From the NCBI RefSeq assembly GCF_036321535.1, contig NC_087437.1, forward strand, positions 84,508,001 to 84,572,000: 64,000 nt of DNA, written 5' to 3'. Positions within the stretch are counted from its first letter, which is position 1; each line of letters starts with the position of its first letter. A program made the position numbers and the translations under genes. The notes beneath the pieces are model-generated. The model saw nothing but the letters and a program-made list of their open reading frames with translations, searched no databases and was not told where the DNA came from. Positions 1-12,634 of this stretch are shown piece after piece. The DNA comes from Camelus dromedarius (taxonomy: Eukaryota).

Positions 1-810
1 CTAAAGCAGAAGAAGGTGGCAGAGCTTTGGTGGGTCATTATCAACAGCAGATTATGGAAAGGGGGAAAGGCTGCAAAAGTAAGACAGGCATAAGGAGATG
101 GAGCAGACAGTCTAAGGCACAGAGAAGAGCCATCCCTGGAACTGGGATGATAACATGAAATGAGTCAGGGCACAGCAGAGGCAAATCTAATTGATTATCA
201 TTGGGAGCAACATGTGGACGGGAAGTGATTTCTGAGAGATTCATTTGTTAAAAAAAGATCAAGAGACAAAAACTGAGGCACTGAGAGAGGAAGGATAGTG
301 GGAAGTAGCTGGAGTACATTAGCTCTATTTCTGGAGAGTCATTGGATTACTGAGCAGAATAACCAGATTTTCAACAGGGTGGGGAAGCAGTATAAAATTT
401 TAATTCATAAGAATGAAGGATGCGATAAAGGGAGTTTGGGGGGCTGCAACTGGGACCCTGAATTAGGGACAGAGCTCACTAAATAAAGCATATATTGGAA
501 ATGGCTGGAGCCAAATCCACAGGGTGGTGTGAGGTCAATTGTGACAGCCACACGGTAGCCTTAAGAGTCACAGCTAACTTACTGGCTCTTAGTTTCAGGG
601 TGTGTACTTAAATTATAAACCACAGGTTGGTGTGTAGGAGGCTGCCTTTGCAGCCTTTGCCTTTGCTATCCTACTTAAAAAGAATTGTCCTGAGACTGGA
701 TATGGCTGCATCTACAAGGTTGTGTTACGTGTGGACACTGCTAAGAGGATCAGGGAGAACAGAGATGATGGGGAAAAAAATAGGACACATTATCGAATAT
801 TGCTGTTAAA
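1..810 (+). mobile_element. Unclassified ancient interspersed repeat (LTR-like or degenerate LINE ORF)
   Basis: Purine-rich block with higher GC than the AT-rich flank. TATAAAA at ~391 and AATAAA at ~483 are LTR-like. Degenerate peptide motifs KAEEGGRAL, WDPELGTELT and SYLKRI..RLC..IGHIIEYC are LINE-like. Confidence 0.35.
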
Positions 811-3659
811 TTCTTCTGGGACTAAATTATCCAGATAAATACCTTTATGTTTCCCTTCCCTTTTAGGAGTAGACCTTGAGTAAATGAGAAGAAGGAACAA
901 TCAGTTCAATTACTGAGTCTACCAAATGTGATGTTTTAGAACATGCATATGAAATGTGTTAGAAGTCTTAAAAAGCACTAAAAATTCTGCCTTTAAATCA
1001 TTAAGTAAAAATAAGTAGAATGACTTCAGTAAAATAAAATGTTTTAACATACACAGACACATACATTTTCTAGCCATCTGTTTAGCCCCTATAAGAGTAC
1101 AAATTACTGTTACAGCAAATTAAGTTACAGTACAGGAGAAAGTCCTTACCATTTTAAGGGTTCTGATAATTCAAATAAATACATTTGCATATTGTTATAA
1201 ATGTTTCATATTTAACTTCCGTCAAATTAAACAATTGGAATATGTAAACTGGCTAATACGTAAACCCTGCTGTAGTATCTCCAGCTACCGTATTTTATCA
1301 AATTAAACATTCATTTATATTGTATTTTATGTGAATATTTCAATTACTAATAAGGAAACTGAAGATAAGTTACACTATTATCAAAAATCAGAGACAATTT
1401 ATATATGCTAATTCTAGTACCTAATAACTGTTTATAATATAGTATTTTGCCTATAGTATGATAATATATAGTTTCCAGGTTAAACTTACATGATTTAAAA
1501 AATGTATATAAAATGTACACACAGTGATATAAGATTCTGTAAGAAAGTTTTCCCATCCGCTTTGTTTATGCTAAAGAGGAGAATGTTGTAACCATATTGA
1601 GGCAGAGTTGTGTTACACTATTAAAAATTCCTAGTTTCTGTCCTCTGCTGTAATAGTAAAGAAGGTTTTTCTGTTCAAACTTTTGGCTGTCTCCCAATAG
1701 TCTCTTCACTATTTGTAATAAAGAGAGGGCAACTATTTTTACTGCAATTAATAGAGTGTTATGGGACTTTGCTTGGAATGTTTGCTTAGGACCATTGCTG
1801 AAGCATTTTCCTGAGTCACCTTCTGATAACATTTTCTTTTCAAGCATCTTTGACATTCATCTGAGGGAAAAGATGGACCATTCTGATTTTTTAGATTAAA
1901 GAAAGGCATTATCTTGGTGGAGAAAACTATGCTCCATATAATCAAAGAGAACAGTTTGGAAGAATTATGTTCCTAACATATTTCTTTAGGGGGACATATT
2001 CCATTTCTGAGGTACTACTTTTCAGATTCAAATGCACTCTTACTATGTGTTACCCTTTAAAACGTTTTCCAGTAAGTAGCCACAGCCAGAGAAAAATCCC
2101 AATACCAAAAATCTTACCCATATTTAAGAAACTGGGATTATAATTCAATATATTTATGACTTCATTTTTTAGAATAATAGAATTTTTAGAATAATAGTAT
2201 TCTCTATGCCTTAGAGATAACCAAGGGGAAATTTTCAATTTCCCTGAAAGTTAGGCAAAGATAACTGGAAAGGAATGGCAGTTTCTTAGTTCTAGAATAA
2301 GAACATGTATAATTAAAAAGTAATCTATTTGACAAAGTCTGTATGCTGTTGCATATATATATATATATTGTACACTGTAATGAGGCAATTGATTATCTAG
2401 ATTATTTTGAGAGGTTTGGAAAGTCAATACAATATTCTAGAAAAGATTTATTGGATAATTTAAAAATATTTTACTAAAGGCATATACAGTGATATATATA
2501 CATATGTATAAAATGGCTCTCAAAATAATGACATGATAATAGAGTTTATGTATAAGAAAAATCTTATAAAAACGCTGTGAGAAAGGAAATGATAGACATG
2601 AAATAACAATTTGTTGTGAGTCTGTGAGCATTATGATGAAAATATTTGCCTTTGGGGTATATTGCAAGCACTAAGAGTTTTGATCTAATTCTTGAAAACT
2701 CTCCATTCGTTTTTACTCTCTAGGTGAATTAGTCTGACTCTTAAAAACATGAACAATTTTAAACTAGGAATTTACAAGTACATTTCCCAGATATGTCTGC
2801 AATTATAAAATCCTTGAGGCAATTCTAAATTCCTGAATTTAATTCTGAAAATAATTGACATTTTCATAGACCATTGAATCAGATTAGTTATGAATTTTAA
2901 TACACAGTAAAATTTTGCTCACATGGAATGGTAAATTGGAATTGGTTTGGTTAACTGAGAATTACAGTATAATCCATACATACATTATGAACTTTCAAAG
3001 AATTTGAATACAGTAAGATATATTTGATATAGAATCTGTACTAACGTAGTCTGCCATTTTTGATTATTTTGCTCCTCTGATGATACAGTTTATATAGTAT
3101 TTGACAGGAGGCTAATAATATATCCTAGAGTATAAATTTCTCTTAAAAACAAAACCTTGGTAAGTTATTAAGTATATGTTTCTTTTACTTGAAAATATCC
3201 ATTGCGAAGTTATGCTTGCAGTTTTGTTTGGGCCATCAAATATGTTGAGCTTTTTCTGTTCTGCTCATTTTATGCTGCTATTGCTATTCCTCAAACCTCA
3301 TATACCTCCAAGAATGTAACTCTCAGCTATATCTTCACTTCGTAAATCACATGTATGTGAGTACATGTGTATAAATATTTGTATGTATTTATGTGTGTAT
3401 TCTGCTCATCCTTACTCTTTGTTTTTTCTGCATCTAACATTTCTCCTGTTATCTCAAATCTACCAATTTTGCATTGTCCAGCACATTACTTCACCAGTTT
3501 TATCCTTCTTTATCATATGCTATTACTTTCTACTCTGTATTTGTGTATTTCCATGGTCTGTGAATGCTTTCCAACCACTGTCACTCTAAAAATGAAGATA
3601 AAGCTATGTTTTTCATTATTTGTGACTTTCTGTCTGCTTAAATTTTTTGTTATATTTCT

Positions 3660-3820
3660 AGACTATAGAAAAATTTTGAAAAAAGCCTCCCTCCACCCAA
3701 AGTCAATCTTTGATTCCTGGACTCCCTTTTATGACTCATCCTTGCTTTTTTACTAAAACTGTTTTCTTGAAGTTCACCTGTGATTACCTGATGGTCAAAT
3801 CCAATAGCCTACTTTCAAAG
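3660..3820 (+). mobile_element. L2 LINE fragment
   Basis: Contains 'cttgaagttcacctgtgattacctgatggtcaaatccaat', typical of L2 ORF2. Interrupted by the downstream MLT1. Confidence 0.55.
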
Positions 3821-3871
3821 AAGAGGGCTAAGTAAAATCAAATGAAGCAATCCACTTCCACAAACAACTTT

Positions 3872-4284
3872 TGTGCTAGGGAGGTGACCATTGCTGCAGT
3901 AGTAAACAAACCTGAACATAACACAATAGCTAAAGTTTCATAGGACTTAATTAGTCATTCTTGTAAAACCATTACTGAGAGTTCTTCTTTGGGGTGTGAC
4001 TTTCCTCCAAGTCATGAAACAGGGACTCGGCACTTTTCATCTTACCATTTTTAGCACTTGGATCCAGTATCACTGCTTATACTGTATAAACCTTTTGGAA
4101 ACGTAAAGAGGGTGGGATATTGTGTATGAGAGGTTTACATGGCCTTACTTGGAAGTGGTGTTTACCACTTCTACTCATCATACTCCATTGATTACAACTT
4201 AAACTTAAGACATTTAATTTCAGAACAAGGTGGCAAATACAATCAAAAATGAATTTGATAAGCATGTGCTCAGTCCCTGCCACA
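3872..4284 (-). mobile_element. MaLR solo LTR (MLT1, J/K/L-like)
   Basis: TG...CA ends (tgtgc...ctgccaca). Contains MLT1 motifs 'tgctgcagtagtaaacaaacc' and 'ggaagtggtgtttaccacttctactca...ccattg'. Confidence 0.7.
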
Positions 4285-6029
4285 TCAAGATTTTCCTTCT
4301 GAAACTTTTGTTTCTTCTATCTAACTCTTTAATTCTTAAATTCTCTCATTAGGTATGAAGATTTCAAACAGGACCCTAGCTATGGTTGATCTAATCAATC
4401 TTTTACTCAGACTCTAACATTTAATGGCAAGACAGAACATTCCATTACAAAGAGCAAGCAAGACTGTCACCTGGCTGTCACAAACAAAGCAATAAAAGTA
4501 TTGCAAATTAGAGGTTAATTTTCATCTCAGGCTATTATATATGGCCCAAAATTATTTGAAGAATCTGCAAGAGACTTCTGTATACTCTTCAGTTCTGCTC
4601 CTTAATTATTAAATGGACATAAAGAGACTTTATTTGCAGTTCTGGGTACTTTCAGGTTGATAACCTTTTCTCTAAAGATGCCCACTTCACATATATTTGT
4701 TATACACTCATTTTAATATAGGAGAGAGGCATACATCATATTGCAGTTTAGTTTTAGAAGACTATAAATATGTACTTGTTGAATAAATTTTCTGTTTCAA
4801 CTTTTCTATATTTTAGCACTTATGAATATTAGCATAATTTAAAAAAATCATCCACTAACACTGTGCTTTGCTAATTATAAAGAAAGGGAAAAGTAACAGT
4901 GTTAGTCTAATTAACTTGATCATTATAAAAGTCAAGTTTTACCTAGGACCAAACTTGTATTTCGGTATGGCTAATCCAGTTAAATTGTCTTCATTGATTT
5001 GTGCCTGCCAAGATTCACAAATCTTCATTTGCATTGTTTAAGGAGCAAGATATGTTGTTCAATTTTATTTTGCTTAGAATTTTTTTTGCAAAAATAAATA
5101 ATGTATCTCTATTCTAGAAAATTGGAATCTATACAAAAGTTAATTTACTGTCCAAAATTCCCTTAAAAATCCATCAACTTGAAAGATCACTTTTATTTAG
5201 CATTTCAAGTTTGGAGAGTTAGAACAACATAAAAAAAGCATATTCTCAATGATTAGATCTATTGAAAATGATTTAAGTAGTTCCATTTTAGTTAGACGAT
5301 AACTTGTTTTTCAGGAAGTTTTAAATTCACCCTATGTTGCATCTGATATTGCTTCCAAATTAGCACCAAACAAGGAATGAGTTAGAAATAATAGAATGAT
5401 TCTTAAGATATCAAGAATATAATAAGAATTTGTGAAAAGTGTTCTCACTGAATTAAGGAATTCTATAATTTTAGCAGGACTGGAATGTAAAAAAGAATAT
5501 ACATTGTTATCTCTTCACTGGATTCACTTTAGTGGCAGATTTAGACATGGCATCATTGAGGCATGCTCATCTGTTTCAGAGGTACCAATTTCTATGTGAT
5601 TGCATGATTTAATTTAATTGTGAAAAATTCATGGTTGAAAATCAATTTTATTATAGATAGAGTGATCATACAGCTTGCTTTACTTTAGACAGTGCAGAAT
5701 TATACCATGATAGTGCTGGTAAAATCATTAATAAATCCTCCCTTTACTCTCAGACGGTCCTAATTTGAATAAATTATACACTTATTACAGATGATAAGTA
5801 GCTACCCTAATTATAAAAAAGCAAAAATTTTAAGAAAGTATAAATATTATACACTACATATAATTTATGACTTACTGGAAGTTAGTAAAGGAGAAACTAT
5901 TTTTCATAAATAGAATTCAATATCTTTTAAAATGAGCTGTTAATACTCCTTATGAACCTTTATTGCTCATGATACTGTTTGTAATGTCATATAACTTTAT
6001 CTGCATAATAGCATTATTATGCAGATGTT

Positions 6030-6180
6030 ATGGGCATCCCCATTTTGCAGCTGATACAATGGAAGCTGTGAGAGTTTAAATGATATTGTCATGTCTACTT
6101 AGTTGGTAAATGCTAGAGCAGGGATGTGAATCTATTCTGCTCACAAGAGAAACAGACCTTAAACCATTTATATAGTGGCC
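6030..6180 (-). mobile_element. MIR SINE
   Basis: Core 'atccccattttgcagctgatacaatggaagctgtgagagtttaaatga...agttggtaaatgctagagcagggatgtgaatc'. Confidence 0.75.
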
Positions 6181-6334
6181 TCCCTGAAAGACTAACTGAA
6201 TCTAATTATTGTTTTTATGTAGTATTTAATAATACTATGAATAATTTGACCACTAATGGCTGAGTTTGAAAACGTTCTTATTTTTTTCTATTTAAAAAAT
6301 CTGTTTTTTTTTAAAAAGCCATATACAACTTTTA

Positions 6335-6720
6335 GACTAAAGTGGAATCTTTCAATTCTATTTTGAACATCAGTGCTTTATATATAAGAATCATATATTT
6401 TCAATTTTGGAAAATTCTGTTATTATTTCTTCAATCATTTCTTTTCTTTCCTTCTATTATTTCCTTCTGAAAATTCTGTTAGTTATACAGATGTCTGTCT
6501 TCCAGAGTTTCTTCTCATCTGTTTTTCATCTCTTCATATCTTAAATTTTTTTCCTCATGATTAAGTACTATTTTGTAATTCTCTCTTTAACTTTGTCTTT
6601 TTAAATGTGCAAGTTACACATTTTATTTTAAATATTTTGCTTTCTGAAATACTGCTCAATTACTTTATGTATTCTATTTTTTCTTTAATCTCTTTGAAAC
6701 TAGTATTGACTAAGATTTCT
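6335..6720 (-). mobile_element. Ancient L1/HAL1 ORF1-region fragment
   Basis: T-rich, with 'ttcaattttggaaaattctgttattatttcttcaa...ccttctgaaaattctgttagt' resembling antisense ORF1. Confidence 0.5.
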
Positions 6721-7339
6721 GAGTTTGCACTTTGGCCTGTGTTCTCCAACAACCTGAGGGTCTCCTTTTGGTACTAAGATGCTGGACCAATGCCTGGAGA
6801 TATTCAGAGACATAGCAGGAATAGTCAGGTTGTTGGCTTTAAAAGGTGAACTAACTTTCCACTACTCTAAACATTACATTTGAATTCTAGTCTTTGAAAC
6901 ATATTTCTCATCCTGATAAACCTTTGAGGTATACAGCTTTGACTTCCAGTTACATAAGGCAAGGATACATAATATAGTACTGAGAGCTTTGGAAGCTTTT
7001 ATTCTCTTGCCACTTTAACAGTATTTCCTGACAGGAGAAAGGATGGATATCATCAAACTCTTAGAAGGGAATAGGAGTGGAAAAGAAGCCCTAAGGGGGG
7101 AAAAAAAAGTAAAAGTCAAGATAAATCATTGAAAGTCCAGAGAGTCTTGTGGTATAGATGCACCTGAAACACTGAGGCAGTTAAATTGCTACAACAGCGG
7201 ATAAACTCAGCTCAATACTTAATTGAAGTATTTGAACTTAGGAGCATTTGTATTTAAAACATTGTAGAAATTACAGTAATTTAAGGAGGCAGTACAAGCC
7301 ACTGCCCTAAATGAAATTTTAAAAGAATAATTCAAAAAG

Positions 7340-7621
7340 CCCTTCATCTACAAAATAGAAACACAGTTAAACAATCTTATGGTTACTGGGTGAAAAGGAG
7401 TGAGAAGCAATAAATTTGCAAATGTTAGCCACTATGTATAAAAATAGATTAAAATATTTTCTTCTGTATAGCACAGGAACTGTATTTAATATCTTGTGGT
7501 GGTAATGAGGAGTGTGAAGATGAATATATGTATGTATATATATGACTGGGACATTGTTCTATACAACAGAAATTGACACATTGCAACTGACTCTACTTCA
7601 GTTAAAAAAAAAAAAAAAAAA
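7340..7621 (+). mobile_element. Young 5'-truncated L1 3' end (camelid/artiodactyl type) with poly(A)
   Basis: 'atctacaaaatagaaacac...tgtatagcacaggaactgtatttaatatcttgt...aactgactctacttcagttaaaaa'. A-tail at ~7604-7621, with possible TSD core aaaaagc. Confidence 0.85.
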
Positions 7622-9479
7622 GCTTTTACCATGTCCATAGAACCTTGACATAGAGCCTGAGAGACACACAACCTAGAAGATTTCAGTTGTCAACACTTCT
7701 GCATCTGTGGCAGACCACTGTGAGGGCAACATCTGATAGACTCGGGTTTTGGAGTGGGCACATCCTCAAGTCAGAGTTGTGTTGGAGACCGAACTTATGT
7801 TTGGGAGGCTTACACTTGCCATAATGACTGTTAAAATAGTGGGGCATTTCAGTATTGACTGGAAGTCACGTGGCCCTCTCATGGAACTATCTTCTTATCC
7901 AGCAATGAAGGTATTAATGCCAGGCACCTCTATGACCTTGTTCTATCTCTACAGCTTGTCTCAATTTGTTTGGTCAGTACCTATGCTTGTTTTAAAATAC
8001 TTTCATTATCTCCAGAATTCAGTGTCCTGGGAAATCTGTAGAGATAATTCTAGGAAACTTCTTTAAGTGATCCCAATTTGGAGGGATGAAAGTTGGAATC
8101 TATGAACTATGAAATAAATATAATTTGACCAATTTTGAGTCAATTTCTCTGCCACAGAACAGCATTATTTTGAGTTCATAAGTGATAGCAAGATTGGTAT
8201 AAAAAATGTAATAGATTTAATTTTTATTTTTGAATGCAATAATTTGCTTGTTTCCGTTAATTTTAATGTTCCTATTATTGACATATGATTAGTCATATTA
8301 AATGTCAATTCAAATTAGTAGAGAAGAAAACATAATTATATTTATGTATTTAGCCTCATTTTTGCTCTGTCACCCTGGAATGCTATAATTTGCATAAGAG
8401 CAAACGTATTGTGTACATAAAGTTTAACCTTTTTGGATTAATCATTGCACATTGAGCTATTGAAATTGACCTATACTAGATTCTGATTGAAAAGTTACCA
8501 ATAATAACATGCAAAATGTGTACTTAAATTGTGTTTATGCTTTAGTTATTGTAAAATACCTGGCAACTTCTAAGAGGTTCATTGTAACTTCATAGTAAGT
8601 GTGATTCTTATATAAGTATTTTAAATTTAATTTTAAATATTAAATATTTAAACATTTGGTTGAAACTAATGACAAAAACATTAATTCACTGAAACTAGCT
8701 TTATTCCAAGGCAAAACTACCTAACAATTGCTTCTTCTATGTGGTAAGACATACACAAATAATGCATACAAGTAATAATGAAAAAAAAATAATAATGAAA
8801 AATACTGATTTCTTAAAGAAAGAAAAATATACCAGTATCTCTGCAGATGATCTTTAATAAAAACTGACTTTTCTAGGAGATGAATCTGTCTATTCTTACT
8901 TTTGATGTGTTTTTATAGTTGGTTCACATCATTGCTGCCGGGTCTCATATTTTCAATTATGTTCATAATACTGACCTTAAGTGAATAATACGTTTTAACC
9001 ACTGGAGATGGTTAGAAACTTATGATATTCTCAACTGAGAATATATTAGATTTTCTTCAAATTTGAGCCAGGGAGAGATGTCAGAAGAGCAAACACTAAA
9101 GACATCTTGCAATAAAAAAAAAAAATCACTAGAAAACTAATCTTTAATAAAATTCACTTCAGGGCCCATTTATTCCAATTGCATAGAAAAAGAAGAGATG
9201 ACTTGACTTTTGTTTGACTGTAATAGTAACTTTTGCTCAATGTAGATACAACCATAGAATGCACTATTGGATTTTATCTGTTTTCCAGTATGGGCTACTA
9301 AAAATTTTAAGTATGCACTGGAAGGGAGATAAAAATAAGAATAACTCTTATAAAATTTATTATATCTAGGGAAATGCTGCTAATTTTTTAACAAATCACA
9401 GTAAATTAGTTCTGCATAAAAATCATGGCTATTTGAAACACTGCCTGTGTTCTAGTTGTGAGGTAATTTTATTTTGTCA

Positions 9480-9900
9480 TCCTAGTATTTTGTTCTTGTA
9501 GTATTTATTTATTTTAGAATATATTCCAGGGTTATATATTTTAGAATTTTGTCTCATTTTGTTTCTGCTTCTTTCTATCCTCTAATAAAGATATGGGCTC
9601 TCTTACTTTAGGTATGTCTTTGTTATAATTTGAAACTCTTTTCAGCAAGCATTCATTCTACTTATTCCTATCTTTTTGAATTCTGGGATGCACCTATTGA
9701 GAGCTGGAGATATTAAATGACCTCCCTACATATATTTAATAAGTTTGATCCTTGTCTTTTCCTCTTGATATCTGAAAGCACAATTTGATATTTATCTGAT
9801 TTTTCTTTTCTCTTGTCAACTTTGTATTGATTCAGTATGTAACACTGTAGAATATAGAATCATTTTCACAGTTTTCATCATCATTTTTACAATATTTCAG
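9480..9900 (-). mobile_element. Ancient HAL1/L1M fragment
   Basis: Antisense ORF1-like motifs 'ttttagaatatattccagg', 'ttctgggatgcacctatt'. Confidence 0.45.
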
Positions 9901-10114
9901 AAGTAAGTGATATCAATTACTGTTAGGCTTTTTTTTTTTTTGCATAAGAGCTAATGTTTTAAGGTAAATGCACTCCTGTGATTTTTTTAATATTTTTTTA
10001 AGGAAAATAAGCCCTTATTGCTGTAAGTTGTAGAAGAATCAAAACAACAAAAAAAGTCACACCAGAATAAATCATACTATAAAACCTCTGTGACCAATGT
10101 ATAATTGATTATAT

Positions 10115-10311
10115 CTGTGCCATTCAAAATGTAATAGTTATATTTACTTTAATAGTAATAAAAATGAAACAATTAAAAATTATATTTTTCATTCATATTA
10201 GCCATCTTTCAAATGCTTAATAGTCACATCTGGCTACTGGCTACCATATTGGATAGTACACAGTTAGGAGATTTCTAACATCTCAGAAGGTTCTATCAGA
10301 AAGAACTACTC
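10115..10311 (-). mobile_element. MER3-like hAT-Charlie DNA transposon (MITE)
   Basis: 'tagccatctttcaaatgcttaatagtcacatctggctactggctaccatattggatagtaca...tcagaaggttctat' matches the remembered MER3 reverse complement. Length ~200 bp. Confidence 0.85.
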
Positions 10312-10426
10312 TAAATCATTGTTATGTGAATTTTGGATGCAGTTTCAAGTCTGGAATAGATAATTTTTTGAAAGAATAGCAATGTTATAGAATAAAATTA
10401 AAATTTATTATAAAATGTTAATACAC

Positions 10427-11130
10427 TTTTAATTTTGGAATAATTAGATTTATAGAAAAGTTGCAAAAAGAGTACAGAGAACTCCCATGTACCCCATACT
10501 CAATTTCTTGTATTATTAATATCATTCATTAATCTGGTACATTTCTCACAATCAGTGCACTATATTGATACATTATTATTTAATAATATTGAATAATGGA
10601 CCAGAGTTTATTCTTTTCTCAGGTTTCCTTTGTTTTACCTAGTATTTTTTTTTTCTGTCCTCAGATTCCATTCAGGATCCCACATTCCATTTAGTCTTCA
10701 TGCTTCCCTGGTACTTCTTGACTATGATAGTTTCTCAAATCTTCCTGGTTTTTGTTGACCTTGAAAATTTTGAGGTGTACTGTCAGGTATTTTGTAGAAT
10801 GTTCCTCATTGGCATTTGTCTAATGTTTTCCTCATGATTAGACTAGTGTAATGGGCTTTTGAAAGGAAGACCACAGACATTAAATGACACTTTCATTACA
10901 TTCTATTACATTGTCTAATATTTTTGCTGTTAATCTTGATCACCTGGCTGAGGTAGTGTGTGTCAAGTTTCTCCACTGTAAGGTTGCTCCCCCCTCCCTT
11001 TTCATACTGTGCTCTTCGGAAGAACGTTTCTATGCAGAGCTGACTTAAGGAGTGAGAAGTTATGCTCTACCTTCTTGAGAACAGAGTATCTACATAATAA
11101 ATTTGTAATCCTTTTAGATAGACATTTATG
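10427..11130 (-). mobile_element. L1MC/L1MD-type 3' UTR
   Basis: 'tttatagaaaagttgcaaaaagagtacagagaactcccatgtaccc' and 'ttgatcacctggctgaggtagtgtgtgtcaagtttctccactgtaa'. Confidence 0.85.
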
Positions 11131-11339
11131 TGGACTATTGTAATGATTTAAACTTTAACAAATGAAAGGAAAAACATCAACTTTGATTTTTACTGGCTAA
11201 ATGCTTTCTTGAGAAGAATTTGTCTACCTGATCCTGGGCATTTATAAGGGAGACAGCTGACTTCATGAATAACAAGCACATTGGATATTGGAACATTTGT
11301 GGAAACCACTTCCATTTTTCTTGGATCAAATTTCTGAGA

Positions 11340-11560
11340 TTAATTTATTAAATTATTTGAACAAATAAATGTTTATTGAGTCCCTAATATTCACTACACA
11401 CTCTTAAGGTTTTGGAAATATGTTATTTAAATAAAAGACAGTAATGCCCACTCTCATTGAATTAACATAAGAGTGGGAGTTACAGACAATAAATAATTAA
11501 GTATAATGTAATATATCTGATGGTGTTAAGTGTTATGGAAAACATAAATCAGAGATCAGA
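11340..11560 (-). mobile_element. L2 3' end (continues after the nested L1)
   Basis: 'aacaaataaatgtttattgagtccct...gcccactctcattga' is an antisense L2 tail. Confidence 0.7.
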
Positions 11561-12088
11561 GGTAGTGAATTTTGGGTTGTTGTTTATATTCCCATTAAAA
11601 ATATTTCTGCCCAATAATTTTTTGAAGTATAGTTAACATATAATATTATGCTAGTCTCAGGTGTACACCATATTGATTCAGTAACCAAATACATTATAAA
11701 ATGATCACCATGACAAGTCCAGTAACCATTTGTCATCAACAAAATTATTGCAGTATTATTGACTGTTCTCTTTATGCCATATATTATATCCCTGTGAATT
11801 ATTTATTTTATAATTAGAAGTTTTTATCTCTTAATCCCCTTTACCTGTTTTGCCCAACTACCCAACCCAACCTCTCTGTCAACCCCAGTTTGTTCTCTGT
11901 ATCTATAAACGTATTATTGTTTTGTTTTATTTGTTCATTTGTCTTGCTTTTTATATTCTACATATAAGTGAGATAATATGGTATTTGTCTCTCTGTCTGA
12001 CTCATTTTACTTAGCATAATACCCTCTAGGTGCAGCCCTGAAATGGCAAGATTTCAGTATTTTTAATGGCTAAGTTGTACTCCATTGT

Positions 12089-12090
<2 letters not shown>

Positions 12091-12139
<49 letters not shown>

Positions 12140-12155
12140 CTCTCTCTCTCTCTCT
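12091..12155 (+). repeat. Compound (AC)n(TC)n microsatellite inside L1
   Basis: About 23 AC units followed by about 9 TC units. Confidence 0.97.
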
Positions 12156-12260
12156 ATCTCTTCTTTATCCATTTATCGTGGATATTTAGCTTGCTTCCAC
12201 ATCTTGGTTATTGTAAATAATTCTGCAGTGAACATAGGGGTACACATGACTTTTTGCTAA

Positions 12261-12387
12261 TTTCTTTTTTTGAGGGGGGTAATACAGTTTATTGATTTAT
12301 TTTTTAATGGAGGTATTGGGGATTGAACCCAGGGTCTCATGCATGTTAGGCATGCATTCTACCACTGAGCTATACCTTTCCTTCTCC
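12261..12387 (-). mobile_element. Camelid tRNA-derived SINE (Vic-1-like)
   Basis: Reverse complement reads ggtatagctcagtggtagaatgcatgcctaacatgcatgagaccctgggttcaatccccaatacctccatt, with Pol III A box (TAGCTCAGTGG), B box (GGTTCAATCCC) and an A-rich tail. Confidence 0.9.
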
Positions 12388-12634
12388 ATGCATATATCTT
12401 TTTGAATTAGTGTTTTTGTTTCTTTAGGTAAATACCCACAAGTGAAGTTGCTTGATTATATGGTAGTTCTATTTTTAAATTTTGAGGAAACTCTATACTG
12501 TTTTCCATAGATGCTGTACCAGTTTACATTCACACCAACAGTGCACAAGAGTTTGTTTTCTCAACATTCTTGCCAACACTTGTTATTTGTTGTGTTTTTG
12601 ATGATAGCTATTCTGACAGGTGTGAGGTGAATAG

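Larger units (their letters stand above)
11619..12632 (-). mobile_element. L1 3' end (L1MA/artiodactyl type) nested in L2
   Basis: 'ttttttgaagtatagttaacatataatattatgctagtctcaggtgtaca...tgtaccagtttacattcacaccaacagtgcacaagag...ttctgacaggtgtgaggtga'. Confidence 0.9.

Noticed and set aside
3365..3756. Hydrophobic ORFs of 74 and 129 aa
   Set aside because: By-product of T-rich sequence partly overlapping L2. No recognisable protein features.
7749..8066. 105-aa ORF in a GC-richer patch
   Set aside because: Non-ATG start, no recognisable homology and no convincing splice sites. Probably an old unrecognised repeat.
12310..12385. tRNA-like sequence as a tRNA gene (also 62555-62636)
   Set aside because: Has a SINE body, A-rich tail and TSD-like flanks. 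It is the tRNA-derived head of a SINE.
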